A stretch of 63,208 bases of DNA, filler included, from Octopus bimaculoides (lineage: Eukaryota), in the NCBI RefSeq assembly GCF_001194135.2. It is 4 parts of 4 records of this genome, joined end to end, with 100 filler letters (N's around TTAATTAATTAA, not from the genome) between each part and the next. Parts side by side here need not be neighbours in the genome. Positions count along the whole stretch, not along the records: positions 1 to 6,209 come from NC_068988.1; positions 6,310 to 36,563 come from NC_068985.1; 2 more parts are not named here. The stretch is one strand, 5' to 3'. The stretch's first letter is position 1, and the number at the start of each line of letters is the position of its first letter. A program made the position numbers and the translations under genes. A model generated the notes under the pieces. The model saw only the letters and a list, made by a program, of their open reading frames with translations. It searched no databases and was not told the origin of the DNA. Shown one piece after another: positions 1 to 11,574 of this stretch.

Positions 1-111
1 AGTGCCAACAACAATGTATGTATGTATGTATGTATGTATGTATGTATGTAGTTTAGCTGTCACATGAGGGTTATGGCGGTCGGTTCGGCAGTCTGTAATG
101 GGAATCGAAAT

Positions 112-144
112 AACTGGTTTCATTATCATATGACAATTCATCGG
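112..144 (-). ncRNA. Degenerate hammerhead-ribozyme-like core
   Basis: CCGATGA-[ATTGTC ATAT GATAAT hairpin]-GAAAC-CA-GTT. Stem I pairing was not found. Confidence 0.35.
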
Positions 145-440
145 GGGCCGCTTGCCTAATTTTACAGAAATGCTAAATACGTAGAAATAAGATTGATTAT
201 ATTTATTTATGAGTTCATCTGCGATGGGGATGGCTTACCCTAATATTTAGGGCGCTTGCTCTTCGTCTAACACACAAATATATATATATATATAACGTGA
301 GAGAGTTAGGGGTTGGGGGTACAACCCACTAAGGGATAGTATCTATCCAGTATACTGCTGGGAGGGTACCCAATTATTGCTACACTAGTGCTATACTAGG
401 TGCAATCAATGGGAGCGGGTAAAAGTGGAGGTTATATATT

Positions 441-594
441 CACGACAGGCTTCTTTCAGTTTTCGTCTACCAAATCCACTCACAAGGTTTTGGTCAGCCC
501 GAGCAGAAGACTGTTGCCTAAGTTGCCACGCAGTGGGACTGAATCCGGAACCACGTGTCTGGGATGCAAGCTTCTTTCCACACAGCCACGACTG
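441..594 (-). mobile_element. tRNA-derived SINE family C, head half
   Basis: Matches the copies at 11575-12030, 19000-19432 and 54460-54607 (cttctttcagtttccgtctaccaaatccactcacaagg...cacacagcc). Confidence 0.8.
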
Positions 595-1115
595 TATATT
601 TTTTCCTATTATTTTTATAATTTGTATATATTTATTTTATTGTAAATTCAAAACAACACCACGGAGGAATCGACGTAAGCTTAAATGATAAACCGTGATA
701 AGTGAAACGAATAGGTGGAACCGCGATATAGCGTGGGATTATTTCNNNNNNNNNNNNNNNNNNNNNNNNNNNNNNNNNNNNNNNNNNNNNNNNNNNNNNN
801 NNNNNNNNNNNNNNNNNNNNNNNNNNNNNNNNNNNNNNNNNNNNNNNNNNNNNNNNNNNNNNNNNNNNNNNNNNNNNNNNNNNNNNNNNNNNNNNNNNNN
901 NNNNNNNNNNNNNNNNNNNNNNNNNNNNNNNNNNNNNNNNNNNNNNNNNNNNNNNNNNNNNNNNNNNNCCCCCCCCTCTCTCTCTGTATGAATGTATGTG
1001 TGCGTGTGTGTATGCATTTATGTATGTGTAAAGGAAAAAAAAATGTCGGAACGGCGCATACAATAGCAGCTCTGTCTTATGTGAAGTGGAGAATTTGTAA
1101 CTACACATGGCGATT

Positions 1116-1166
<51 letters not shown>

Positions 1167-2085
1167 GTATGGTGGTAATTGTGATGATGATGATAATTAA
1201 GATGACGACGACGATGACAACAACGACCACGAAAATCTGGCGGCGGCGGCGGCGGTGGTGATGTTGGTACTTCTGCTGATGATGATAACGGCGCTAAATA
1301 TCTTCGAGATTCGGTACTTTAGTTCTTGACACTTGTAGTAAATAATTATCGTTATAATAGATATGATAATAAGTAATACTTCTACTTGCCTTCTTTCCTT
1401 CTTCCTCTTTTTCTTTCTAAGTAGCTCTTTTCCTGTATTCGGAAACCCGTTTTATTATTTTTTTTCAAATATTTTTCATCATTTTTTCCTTTGTTTTTCT
1501 TTTTTTCTTTTTTTTTTGGGGGGGGGAAGGAAAACAAGAGTGTATAGCATGATTCTGCGTGTACGTGCGTGTGTGTGTATGTATGTCTGTGTGTATACGT
1601 GCTTGTTTATATGCATGTGTGTATGCGCGAGTGTGTGTCGTCTGTCGACATACAAGACATTTCTGATCTCGTCTGCATTGCCTACTTCGCCGCCAGTCAT
1701 TCTCTCTCCTTCTCTCTCCCTCTCTCTCTCAACTCACTCTCTAGCTCTCATACTCTCTCTCTCCCTTTGCCCACCCCCTCTCTCTCTCTCTCTTTGTCTC
1801 AAACGTCATCTCCAGTCCACTTGGCAACATTTCCGTTTCTCAAACAAAGCACGTGTTTATCCGTGCCACGATTGAACCTACTTAGTGGCAGATATTTTTG
1901 TAATCGCATCTTCATTTTTCGTATTTTTTTGGTTCTTTTTCTTGTTGCATGCTTTTGTATTTATTTTTCTTTTAGTGATTTTGGAGGGGTTTTTTTTTTG
2001 CCCCCGCTCATTTTTTTTCCATGGCGAAGAAGGCAACGAAGACGACGCCTGTGATGATGATGATGAGGAGGAGGAGGCGGAGGAA

Positions 2086-2126
<41 letters not shown>

Positions 2127-3009
2127 TGATGATGATGATGGAAGTGCGACAAAAAGAAATGTCAACTTCTTAAGTAAAAGTGATACTTCAGAATTCCTCA
2201 TTCCATTAATAAGGCCAGAAATTGGTTAGTGTGGTGTCATATTAGTGGTGAGGTAGCAGCGATGGGGGTAGCCTAATCATGGGAGCGATGATTTGGTGGT
2301 GCTGCGTCTTGATAGCCTGTGAGGTGGTAGCGTCGGGTCCTTTTAGTAGTCATATCGTGGTGTAGCGTCTTATTTTTGATGAAGTGGTGATATAGTGTCT
2401 AGTGAGGTAGTTGTTTAGTACCTTGTTAAGGGTGAAGGTCCTCAACCCAAGATCAGGATGAAGTGACCTTATACAGGCACCATGGCTCCAAACAGGTTCA
2501 GCCACCTTACTCTGATACTTCTACCACACCAAACTAGCAAAAGCTCGAGAAGGCAATTATCATTGGATGTGTCGGATTTGAGTATTGAACATGGCATATA
2601 TATTAGCCTATACTCAAAAGGGTGAGTGTCGTGGACTTGAGCAATATTCAACGATCACTGGAGATTTTGCCGAAAATCAGGGTTTTTATAACTACTCATA
2701 CACGAATCATAGAACCGTAACCCCGTGAAAGATTTCTTCAACGAAGTTCCTAATTCGTATATGGGCAGTAATTTTTAACCAATGAGAAATCAATAATTTC
2801 TCATGTTCGGGCAAACGAACTTACGTTCTCTCTCCGTCTCTTATGAGTTTGCTACAGATGTACCATATTGTTGATCCATTTCGTGTTTGCAATGATCGTG
2901 ATCGTAAAGTCGATTAAAGTGCAATGCACAGGGCCGCTCACTTTGTCAAGTGTCCGGCAGCCCATCCCATTACGCTTTTATAATCTTACTGCAACAGCAA
3001 CTTCAGTCT

Positions 3010-3460
3010 TGAGAAACAAGAAGATCATGAGGAATTTATGATTTGGGCTAGCTGGAGTTTCAGCCCAATCAAGTCCAAATTTCTTGTGCTGAAAAAGAGC
3101 AAGGTCGGTAGGAAGTTGTTGGCATACAGATACCATCCGATGCTGAGAATTCAGTGAGAACCAAGTAAGGGTGTTTGATATCAGTCCGAAGGACACAGCA
3201 TCCATTCGTGTGTCCAACCAAGCACTTGAAGATTGGCTATCTACTGCGGACAGGTCAGACGAAGCCGGCAAATTTAAGGTCAGGATTTACAAACATAGAA
3301 GGCTTCCACGGATTCTTTCGGGGACGAATGCTATTTCGCGGTTCTACCATCTTCAGTAGAGGACTTTGAAGGAGAGTCAGCAAGTCCTTACGGAAATGGC
3401 TTGAAATTTTCGTACCCTGAGAACCGACTTTAGTTGTGGGTAGAATAACGAGTTGAGGAT
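3010..3460 (+). mobile_element. Decayed Hero-clade (RLE-type) non-LTR retrotransposon RT C-terminal fragment
   Basis: Frameshifted translation WASWSFSPIKSKFLVLKK...KDT...LEDWLSTADRSDEAGKFKVRIYKHRRLPRIL resembles the WARMxFKPxKSRSLVLKK...GLPGKFKxWIYQHGILPRIL pattern. Confidence 0.65.
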
Positions 3461-3607
3461 CTCCCTTACCAGTCTGAAATAAGAATTTTTGTAACTCGTA
3501 GTGGGAAGGTGCTACAATGCAAATATTTCTGCGACCTCCTGATCTCTTAAGCTGGTAATGAGATCACGATGGCAAGGACTGCTGGGTCTGCAGATACGTG
3601 GAGAAGC

Positions 3608-3800
3608 AGCGTGTCATTTGACTGCGGCCATGATGAAGCACAGCCTTGAAGAGTTTTAGTCAAATAAATCGACACCAGGACATAATTTTGAAGCCTAGAA
3701 CTTATTCTATCGGTCTCGTGTGCCGAACGACTAAGTCATGTAAACACATCAACACCGGTTGTCAAGCGGTAATGGTGGACACAGACACAATGACACACAC
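3608..3800 (-). mobile_element. SINE family C, tail half
   Basis: gtcatttgactgcggccatg...ttctatcggtctc...ctaagt...taaacacatcaacaccggttgtcaagcg matches the other family C tails. Confidence 0.75.
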
Positions 3801-3962
3801 AAAAATACACACAAATACACACACGCATACACACATACACGCACACACAATATTAATTTTATATATACACATTAGCAAATCGCTAAACCATCCATTAATT
3901 TGGTTGACGGAAGCATATATACTAACGGAGATGCAAGTCGAAGAAAGCCGAGATCGAACAGG

Positions 3963-4011
3963 CTTAACTGATGAGGCAATAAAAATTGCTGAAACTGATG
4001 TCAGCATTAAG
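3963..4011 (+). ncRNA. Type I hammerhead ribozyme motif, near canonical (U16.1 to C)
   Basis: Stem I CTTAA/TTAAG, core CTGATGA, stem II GGCAAT-AAAA-ATTGCT, GAAA, near-palindromic stem III ACTGATGTCAGC, H17=A. Confidence 0.75.
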
Positions 4012-4056
4012 AATTCTCTGCATTGGCGAAATAATGCAACCTGCTGTTTATACTAA

Positions 4057-4104
<48 letters not shown>

Positions 4105-4290
4105 TACATGTATATAACATTGATATAAACAGGAGAATTATAATTGTCAATAAATGTGATTAGGGTGTTAGAAACACCTACATTGCTAGAAATAAGAGCT
4201 AAAATGCTTTAATGCTGTAGTCAACGCACATAAATGTAAACATATACACTAACAGGGACCCTAATCGTCCGAAAAATGCCGATCGAGAAT

Positions 4291-4341
4291 TCCTAATACT
4301 GACGTCAGTTTTGGCAATTTCCGTTGCATCATCAGCTAAGA
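4291..4341 (-). ncRNA. Type I hammerhead ribozyme motif, second copy (G12 to A, G10.1 to T)
   Basis: TCTTAG CTGATGA TGCAAC GGAA ATTGCC AAA ACTGACGTCAGT A TTAGGA: perfect palindromic stem III and GUA cleavage triplet. Confidence 0.7.
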
Positions 4342-5045
4342 CTGGCTAAGTTCAGCTCTTTTCGGATTTGCTTCTTTATTAGTATATATGTTTTAGTCAT
4401 CCAAATTAATGGATGGTTTAACGATTTGCTAATGTGTATACATAAAATTAATTTAAACAGCAGTTTACAACGTTTCAAAGAAAAAAGTATGTTTTTGTGT
4501 TTGTGTGTGTGAGTGTGTGTGTGTACATATATATTATATGTATGCATATTACACACGCACACGTAGAATACTCACAGACATGTTCTCAGGATTAATTTTC
4601 GCTGATACATCAGATCAAATTGAGATATATCTCGCCTTATCAGAAAATACCTAATCTTAATTGATGCTGATGAATTACTAGCGAAGCAGAGGAAAACGCC
4701 GTAAAGTTTAAAAGTTCGTTTAAACGCATTCACATTTATAGCAAATTTGTGAGAGAAGACAACGAGAGTTCGTTGAATTGCAAATGGTATGACAATTACG
4801 GAACAAAGAGCTAGATGCAATCGTTCGATTTTGATAGTATCTTTATGAAACTCAAATTGGTGTTTGCGAAGATAAAATCCTTAATGTTGTTCGTATTAAA
4901 TACTTAAGCTGTAATTAAGGCATTATTTAATCATTACTTAATCTTCAATTTGTGCCAACATTGTATTATATATTTTCTTTTACACTTTTTTGACATGTGT
5001 TTATAATTTTAATCAAATGGCTATTCATATTCAGAGGAGTATACA

Positions 5046-5432
5046 GTTGTTGTTGGCAATCCGTCGCTTACGACGTCGAGGGTTCCAGTTGATCCGATCA
5101 ACGGAACAGCCTGCTCATGAAATTAACGTGCAACTGGCTGAGCACACCACAGACACGCGTACCCTTAACGTAGTTCTCGGGGATATTCAGCGTGACACAG
5201 TGTGACAAGGCTGCCCCTTTGAAAATACAGGTACAACAGAAACAGGAAGTAAGAGTGAGAGAAGGTTGTGGTGAAATAGTACAGCAGGGTCCGCCACCAT
5301 CCCCTGCCGGAGCCTCGTGGAGCTTTTAGGTGTTTTTGCTCAATAAACACTCACAATGCCCAGGTCTGGGAATCGAAACCGCGATCCTATGACCATGAGC
5401 CGCTGCCCTAACCACTGGGCCATTGCGCCTCC
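5046..5432 (-). mobile_element. tRNA-derived SINE family B, full length
   Basis: tRNA-like head (tggcccagtggttaggg...gtttcgattccc) and a body shared with 21503-21832 and 36202-36531. Positions 1-14 are a tail of the same family. Confidence 0.85.
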
Positions 5433-5895
5433 ACGTGTACGAACGTACGTACGTACATACATACATGCATGCATGCATGCATACATACATACATACATAC
5501 ATACATACATACATACATACATACGTACGTACGTACGTACATACATACATGCATACATACGTACATACGTACGAGAGTGTACTGAAACGTTCCTGGCTTT
5601 AAGTCTATCGTGAAAGACCTAGCTGGAGACCCAACCTTCCGAGTGCTTTTACAGGGCTTAGAAAAACTGAAGGACTGCTGAAATAATTGTGTGAAACTGA
5701 GACGAGTAATATGTTGAATAAAATCATAATTAACTGATCCTCATGTATTTTCTTTTACCCAAAGTCAAGAACTTTTAAGCACTTTCGCACATACATACAT
5801 AGATACATACATATACATTTATATGTGTGTATGTATGTTTGTATGTATATGTGTATATATGTGTGTATATCTATCTATCTATCTATATATATATG

Positions 5896-6060
5896 GGAGA
5901 ATATACAAATAATAACAACAGACGAGGACAGGTGGTGTAAATAACAAAAGTATATATTAGTATGACGCTCGGGAATACGGAAAGTCTTTGACGTTTCGAG
6001 CTACGCTCTTCAACAGAAAGAATACGGAGACAAGGAGAAAAACACGGAGAAAAAAAATTG
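5896..6060 (-). mobile_element. Penelope-like terminal repeat with a minimal hammerhead-like motif (5985-6021)
   Basis: TCTTT CTGTTGA A GAGC-GTA-GCTC GAAAC GTC AAAGA. Related copies at about 7030-7180 (+), 27990-28160 (-) and 54295-54435 (-). Confidence 0.6.
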
Positions 6061-6253
6061 AATAGTGTTCAGTCAACGGTCAATCATAATAATGGCCGAT
6101 CATAACAATGACTGACCGGAAGTTAGAAAGGGGGAGATAACAAACGGTGATCGGGAACGAGGGGCTGTGTGTGGGAGGTAGAATGCTGGTGATCTTGACG
6201 TATGTAGTGNNNNNNNNNNNNNNNNNNNNNNNNNNNNNNNNNNNNNNNNNNNN

Positions 6254-6265
6254 TTAATTAATTAA
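6254..6265. other. Assembly linker TTAATTAATTAA inside an N gap (also 36608-36619 and 50624-50635)
   Basis: An identical 12-mer with stops in all six frames sits in the middle of three N runs. Confidence 0.95.
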
Positions 6266-6309
6266 NNNNNNNNNNNNNNNNNNNNNNNNNNNNNNNNNNN
6301 NNNNNNNNN

Positions 6310-7020
6310 GATAGGACATCATTTACGAGACACCCATTCAGGCAGCTAAGAAGAATATTTGCCAGAACCTTGCCAGCAGCTGAAAGTAGAGCAATACCTC
6401 TGTAGTTATCACACATTGTCCTGGCTCCTTTACCTTTATAGAGAAGAATAACTGCATTCACCCAGTCCTTAGGCATTGCACCATCTCTCCAGACAGTACT
6501 AATAAGTTCAAAGAGGGACTGTATGATGTAATCACTAACAAATCGCAAGACCTCAGTCCAAATTTCATCTTTTCCAAGTGCCCTACCAAGATTCAATTTA
6601 CTTATTGATGTCATTACTTCATCTATTGAGGGCGTGGAATTTAAGGTGACAATGATAGGTCTTTGTTGCATAGCATCAATCACTGTTTCATCTACAACTG
6701 ACTCATGGTTTAAGAGTTCAGAGAAGTGTTCAATCCAGCGACCTGTGATTTCTGTTGATTTAGTAAATAGAGTGGAAAACTCCTTGGAAAGCAAAGGAGT
6801 TGATGGGGAGCTCTTAGGCCTATAAACTTGCTTCATAAGATGGTAAAGCTTCTTGTTGTCATTTGCGTCAGCAGCAGCCTGAACATCACGAGAAAGATCC
6901 TCCCACCAAGTGTTCTGCATCTTCCTGAGAGATCGCTGCAGTAGTGATTTTACACTGCTATAGAGGGCAAGTGCTAGATTTCGCTGCACAGCTGAAAATC
7001 CTCTGTGCAGCAATACATTG
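6310..7020 (-). mobile_element. RTE-clade LINE fragment (linker plus RT N-terminal region)
   Basis: Translation includes MQNTWWEDLSRDVQAAAD, RWIEHFSELLN, PKDWVNAVILLYKGKG..CDNYRGIALLSAAGKVLANIL. The ORF stop lies in the artificial gap linker. Confidence 0.9.
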
Positions 7021-7029
7021 TGGGCATGG

Positions 7030-7180
7030 CGATTTTCTTCCTCCGTCTTCCTTTCTATTGGATTTCCTCTCTGTTTCCGAGGAAGAGCGTCTGCTCGAAA
7101 CGTTAAAACATCTTTTTTCCTTTCCTGAGCGTCTGCTATTACATTACACGTGCCAACGAATTTGGTCGCAAAAAACGATA
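7030..7180 (+). mobile_element. Penelope-like terminal repeat, same family as 5896-6060, opposite orientation
   Basis: ccgaggaagagcgtctgctcgaaacgttaaaac...tcctgagcgtc. Confidence 0.55.
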
Positions 7181-7514
7181 AAGTATCTCTAAAAGAAATG
7201 AAGAAGAAACCGGAAAAGATTTGGAAACGGAAATAACTAGTTTCGCGACGGAAGAATAGAAGAAAATCTTATAATAACAGATCTTCGATAATGATAAAAC
7301 TTTGTGCTGACAAATACGTAACCAAAGCTTCAAGATTTATAAAAATAGAGAAAACAGTGCCACAAGGCACAGCACGTATTATGTAGTATATAGTTATACA
7401 AAACCAAAGCAAAATCAACAAAAGATATTTCTCTTATCTGAGGCGCACAGAGCTTCGTTCTATAGGCTGGTGAAAGAACGCAATAAAAGCATTACTGAAA
7501 ATATCAATGATGGT

Positions 7515-7737
7515 AGTAATATTGGTTTCAAATTTTAGTATAAGGCCAGCAATTTTAGGATAGAGAGATGATCAATTACATCGCCCCCAGTACTTATCAG
7601 GTATTTATTTAATCAGCACCGAAATGATGAAAAGCGAAATCCACCTTGGCTGAATTTGAACTCAGAACTTAAAAAGAAATGCCGCTAAGTATTTCGTCCA
7701 ATCTGCTAAAACTTCTGCCAGTTCGCTACCTTAATGG
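7515..7737 (-). mobile_element. tRNA-derived SINE family A
   Basis: Reverse complement has ggtagcgaactggcagaag...gagttcaaattc...aaattgctggcctt, matching 31028-31243. Confidence 0.75.
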
Positions 7738-9111
7738 TTGTAGCATTAAGGGGAGCAACTTTGCAGAAATCTTGAAAGTTGAATGGGCATTTCTTGAAAT
7801 CATGAGCATTAAAAATTCCCTTATCCCTGAAAATCTTGGCAAAAAGTGGCTAATTTTGAAGGGTTTACTGGAATTGTTGTCACCTGTAAACACATTGGAA
7901 AATTGAATTCAGAACGCAGTGTGTTAATTATGGAAAGATATATTGTCTCGCATGTTGCCGTGTCACTTGTTATATGTACCAATTATTTTCACAGTTCAAT
8001 GAAAATACAACTTATATAATATTTGTTAACAATACAGTTTCTTCTAGACATATTGGATGTTCTTATTTTATTGCACAATTAGCGAGTAAAATATGAAATT
8101 TAATATGTTCTGATAATATACTTAACCTAGCTTTCATTAAAATAACAACTGTGTTGACAGTTCGGTAGTAATTTCCAAATATACATCATAGCATATTCGG
8201 CGCAGGTGCAATTTAATTGCACAAATAATTAAATTTTGGCCAGTTAATTTCTGCTAGCCTCTTTTATCCGATTACATATTTACCTTGTCTACTGAATACC
8301 AATTAAATCTGAGACCTAAACATGCCCATTTTTCGTTTGATTTTTTTTAATATTCTAAATTGAATACGTTTTATATTTTAAATTATGGCAAGTTAAATTG
8401 TCCGCTGCAATGTCTTGCAGCGTTCGCTCTAGTTATCAATGTTATAAGTTCAAATCCAACCGAGACCTTTGAACGTTATGAGTCGGAAGAAAATGTTGCC
8501 ATTTTGTTCGATGTGCTAGCTATTTTTCTAGCTTACTTCCTTCATTCTACACTAACAATTCAATTGAAAAAAACTTCACTAGATTAAAATATTGATCTGA
8601 AGGTGACAGTAACACACAACATTTGTTCCTCCACAGAGCTGGTCTGATTTCTCGAAGAATACCTATGAGCATTCTTTTATACTTTTGTAGAGTACCGAAG
8701 TGTATATCTCTTGGTTGTAACCATGTTACCTCAGTTAATGTATTCATTTATGTAGGAAATATATATATATATGTCCTAATCTAAAAGTTAAAACTTTACT
8801 CCGACAGTCTACATTCTGCGTAGTTTTAGTTCTTCAACAGATATAACCACTTGGAGTTTTCTGTACTCACGCTGTGTCTCGTTAAATGTAAATTACCTCT
8901 TTCTGTAGTTCTCACAAACTCAAAATAATTTCATCTTTTCATAATCACCTGTAATCAATTAAGACTCTCTTCCTAAACTACTGGCCTTGTGCCGAAATTC
9001 GAAACCAATATTAGATATCAATATGTACTCTAAATGTCCTCAGTAACGAACAAAGGTATTGTTTTGAAATATCAAACGATAGCTTGTCAACAATAAAGGT
9101 GGCCTAATATT

Positions 9112-9400
9112 AATTAATGCTCCAGGAGGGGAGGTAGAACCTTCCTGCTGAACTTATTACTGCCCTGTGCTTGCAAAAAATGGTTTGGATTGCGCTTGCT
9201 ACAGCGTCATCATGCATTGAAGCTACACTACGCAATCTCAAATGGTCTATCCACTCTCGCTTCAAGATTTCCATTCTGATAAAACTTGCATCAGCATGCC
9301 ATATATCTCCCCATAATCTAAATGGTGACCTCCTGTATTCCGCTAAACAATTGTTATGGCATGCCACTCAGCTATCACTGGGTGGGGGGGGGACCATAAA
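9112..9400 (+). mobile_element. Decayed Helitron PIF1-like helicase fragment
   Basis: Frameshifted NAPGG-GRTFLLNLLL (Walker A region), then IALATASSCIEATL...HSRFKISI...SACHIS, as in Helitron helicases (IALATASSGIAATLL..GRTAHSRFKIP). Confidence 0.75.
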
Positions 9401-10055
9401 CCCAAGGCTCCTTCATTGGAGTTTCAAAATCAACAGAGATATTTTCTCGAAGCTTGGAGCAACTTCATCTACGGAAATCCTAATTCTTCAGCAGAAATTC
9501 TTTGAAACTTCTCCCAATAGACCATAGAATCCAACNNNNNNNNNNNNNNNNNNNNNNNNNNNNNNNNNNNNNNNNNNNNNNNNNNNNNNNNNNNNNNNNN
9601 NNNNNNNNNNNNNNNNNNNNNNNNNNNNNNNNNNNNNNNNNNNNNNNNNNNNNNNNNNNNNNNNNNNNNNNNNNNNNNNNNNNNNNNNNNNNNNNNNNNN
9701 NNNNNNNNNNNNNNNNNNNNNNNNNNNNNNNNNNNNNNNNNNNNNNNNNNNNNNNNNNNNNNNNNNNNNNNNNNNNNNNNNNNNNNNNNNNNNNNNNNNN
9801 NNNNNNNNNNNNNNNNNNNNNNNNNNNNNNNNNNNNNNNNNNNNNNNNNNNNNNNNNNNNNNNNNNNNNNNNNNNNNNNNNNNNNNNNNNNNNNNNNNNN
9901 NNNNNNNNNNNNNNNNNNNNNNNNNNNNNNNNNNNNNNNNNNNNNNNNNNNNNNNNNNNNNNNNNNNNNNNNNNNNNNNNNNNNNNNNNNNNNNNNNNNN
10001 NNNNNNNNNNNNNNNNNNNNNNNNNNNNNNNNNNNNNNNNNNNNNNNNNNNNNNN

Positions 10056-10276
10056 GTCTGTGTGTATATGTGTTTGTGTGTCTGTATTTGTTCCTCCGCC
10101 ATCGCTTGGCAACAGATGTTGGTGTGTTTACGTCCCCGTAACTTAGTGGTTCTGCAAAAGAGCCCCATAGAATAAGTACTAGGTTTACAAAGAATAAGTC
10201 CTGGGGTAGATTCATTCGACTAAAGGCGGTGCTCCAGCATGGCCGCGCTCGAATGACTGAAACCAATAAAAGAATA
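10056..10276 (+). mobile_element. SINE family C, tail half
   Basis: gtgtttacgtccccgtaacttag...gactaaaggcggtgctccagcatggcc...tgactgaaac. Confidence 0.85.
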
Positions 10277-10675
10277 TATATATAATTTACTGATTTTATT
10301 TATCAAAATTTTTTGAAGACCCCCTTATACAACAAAGGGAACAGAACATAAGGTAGACTCTGGTGGCATTTGAACGCGGTACGTACACTCGAAATAAATG
10401 CCGCTAAGCATATTTCCTGGTGCGGTAACGATTTTGCCAGCTCGTGGCTTAAATTCGGATAGATATTATGTGGTATTAGCTGAAAACAGGTTAATATGTA
10501 CGTATACAGAGAGAAACAAATAGATAATCACACGCACACGAAATAAACACATTCACACGTATATATGTATGCGTATATACACCTACCCACATACAAGCAT
10601 GTATGCATACAAACACACACATACACGTATATACACACGCACACACTATTTGTGCGTGGAAGAGAGCGAGAGAAA

Positions 10676-10815
10676 GAGAGAGTAAGTAAGAGAGAAAGAG
10701 TGAGTAAGTAAGAGAGAAAGAGAGAGTAAGTAAGAGAGAAAGAGAGAGTACGTAAGAGAGAAAGAGAGAGTAAGTAAGAGAGAAAGAGAGAGTAAGTAAG
10801 AGAGAAAGAGAATGT
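10676..10815. repeat. Purine-rich minisatellite, about 22-bp unit AGTAAGTAAGAGAGAAAGAGAG
   Basis: About six tandem copies are visible. Confidence 0.9.
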
Positions 10816-11574
10816 ATAGTAGAGAGAGAAGGCTACGTTAAGTGTCATATTATAAATGTCTGAAATAAGTCTTCGTTTTTCTTTTCAGCTGAATGTGATT
10901 TACATTTTCACCAAAGGCTGGCGTCGTGTTGTTTATGCATCGGCAGTTTCTGTAGACGTCGGTAACAAATGTGTAAATTACTGCAATTTAAGATTACATT
11001 TGAAAGATAAAATGTTTTCAAATGTAATGTTACATGAAGGTTCTATTGTATATTTTCTTTCATGTAATTAGGAGTGCATTTTTAATGATATCATTAATAT
11101 GTTACCCATGGTGGAATTGAATTCAAGCATGCACATAATAAGAAAGGGATAGAGAGGAGGAGAATAGGGAAAGAAAAAGCGGATGTAAAAGAAAAATAGA
11201 ATAATTTGCAGTTCAAAATATTTTAAACAATAAATAAATCCAGTTTCGATAGCCATCAATATAGAATTAAAGATGATGAAATTTGTGCTTTAAAGCTCTC
11301 TAGGTATGAGGAACGCAACTTTCATCGAAAGTCGACCCTTTGTCATAACTATTTGTATCCTGTGGTTGCTAATTGTATATTCAATTTGAAAGACCCCTTA
11401 TTTTGAAGCTGACGAACATTTTTTTGGCTTTCAAACTTTTCAGTGAAATGAATGAGATAACAAATATTGTCCTCAGAATATACTGGGAAGCAATAAGTAA
11501 CAATTGTAAAACGGGTTATCCATTATATCGAAACGGATTATCCAATATGCGGAAAAGAAGTCAAAATAGATTTT

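Larger units (their letters stand above)
3852..4452. repeat. Inverted repeat with about 170-200 bp arms (about 3852-4020 and 4280-4452), probably Penelope-like terminal repeats
   Basis: ttaattttatatatacacattagcaaatcgctaaaccatccattaatttgg... at 3853 is the reverse complement of ...ccaaattaatggatggtttaacgatttgctaatgtgtatacataaaattaa ending near 4451. Confidence 0.85.

Noticed and set aside
395-436. GGGTAAAAGTGGAGG resembles the 3' half of twister ribozymes, with a CACT upstream as a possible P2 partner
   Set aside because: No UAA before P2, and no P4/L4 (CCCAAGC) or P1 could be built.
4652-4710. CTGATGA...GAAA pair
   Set aside because: The intervening sequence cannot form stem II, and no stem I is present.
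6254-6265. TTAATTAATTAA motif centred in three gaps
   Set aside because: Scaffolding linker artefact, not biological.
8270-8960. Several small minus-strand exon-like units (e.g. GLRFNWYSVDK; GDYEKMKLF*VCENYRK)
   Set aside because: Phases do not chain, one contains a stop, and there is no recognisable homology.
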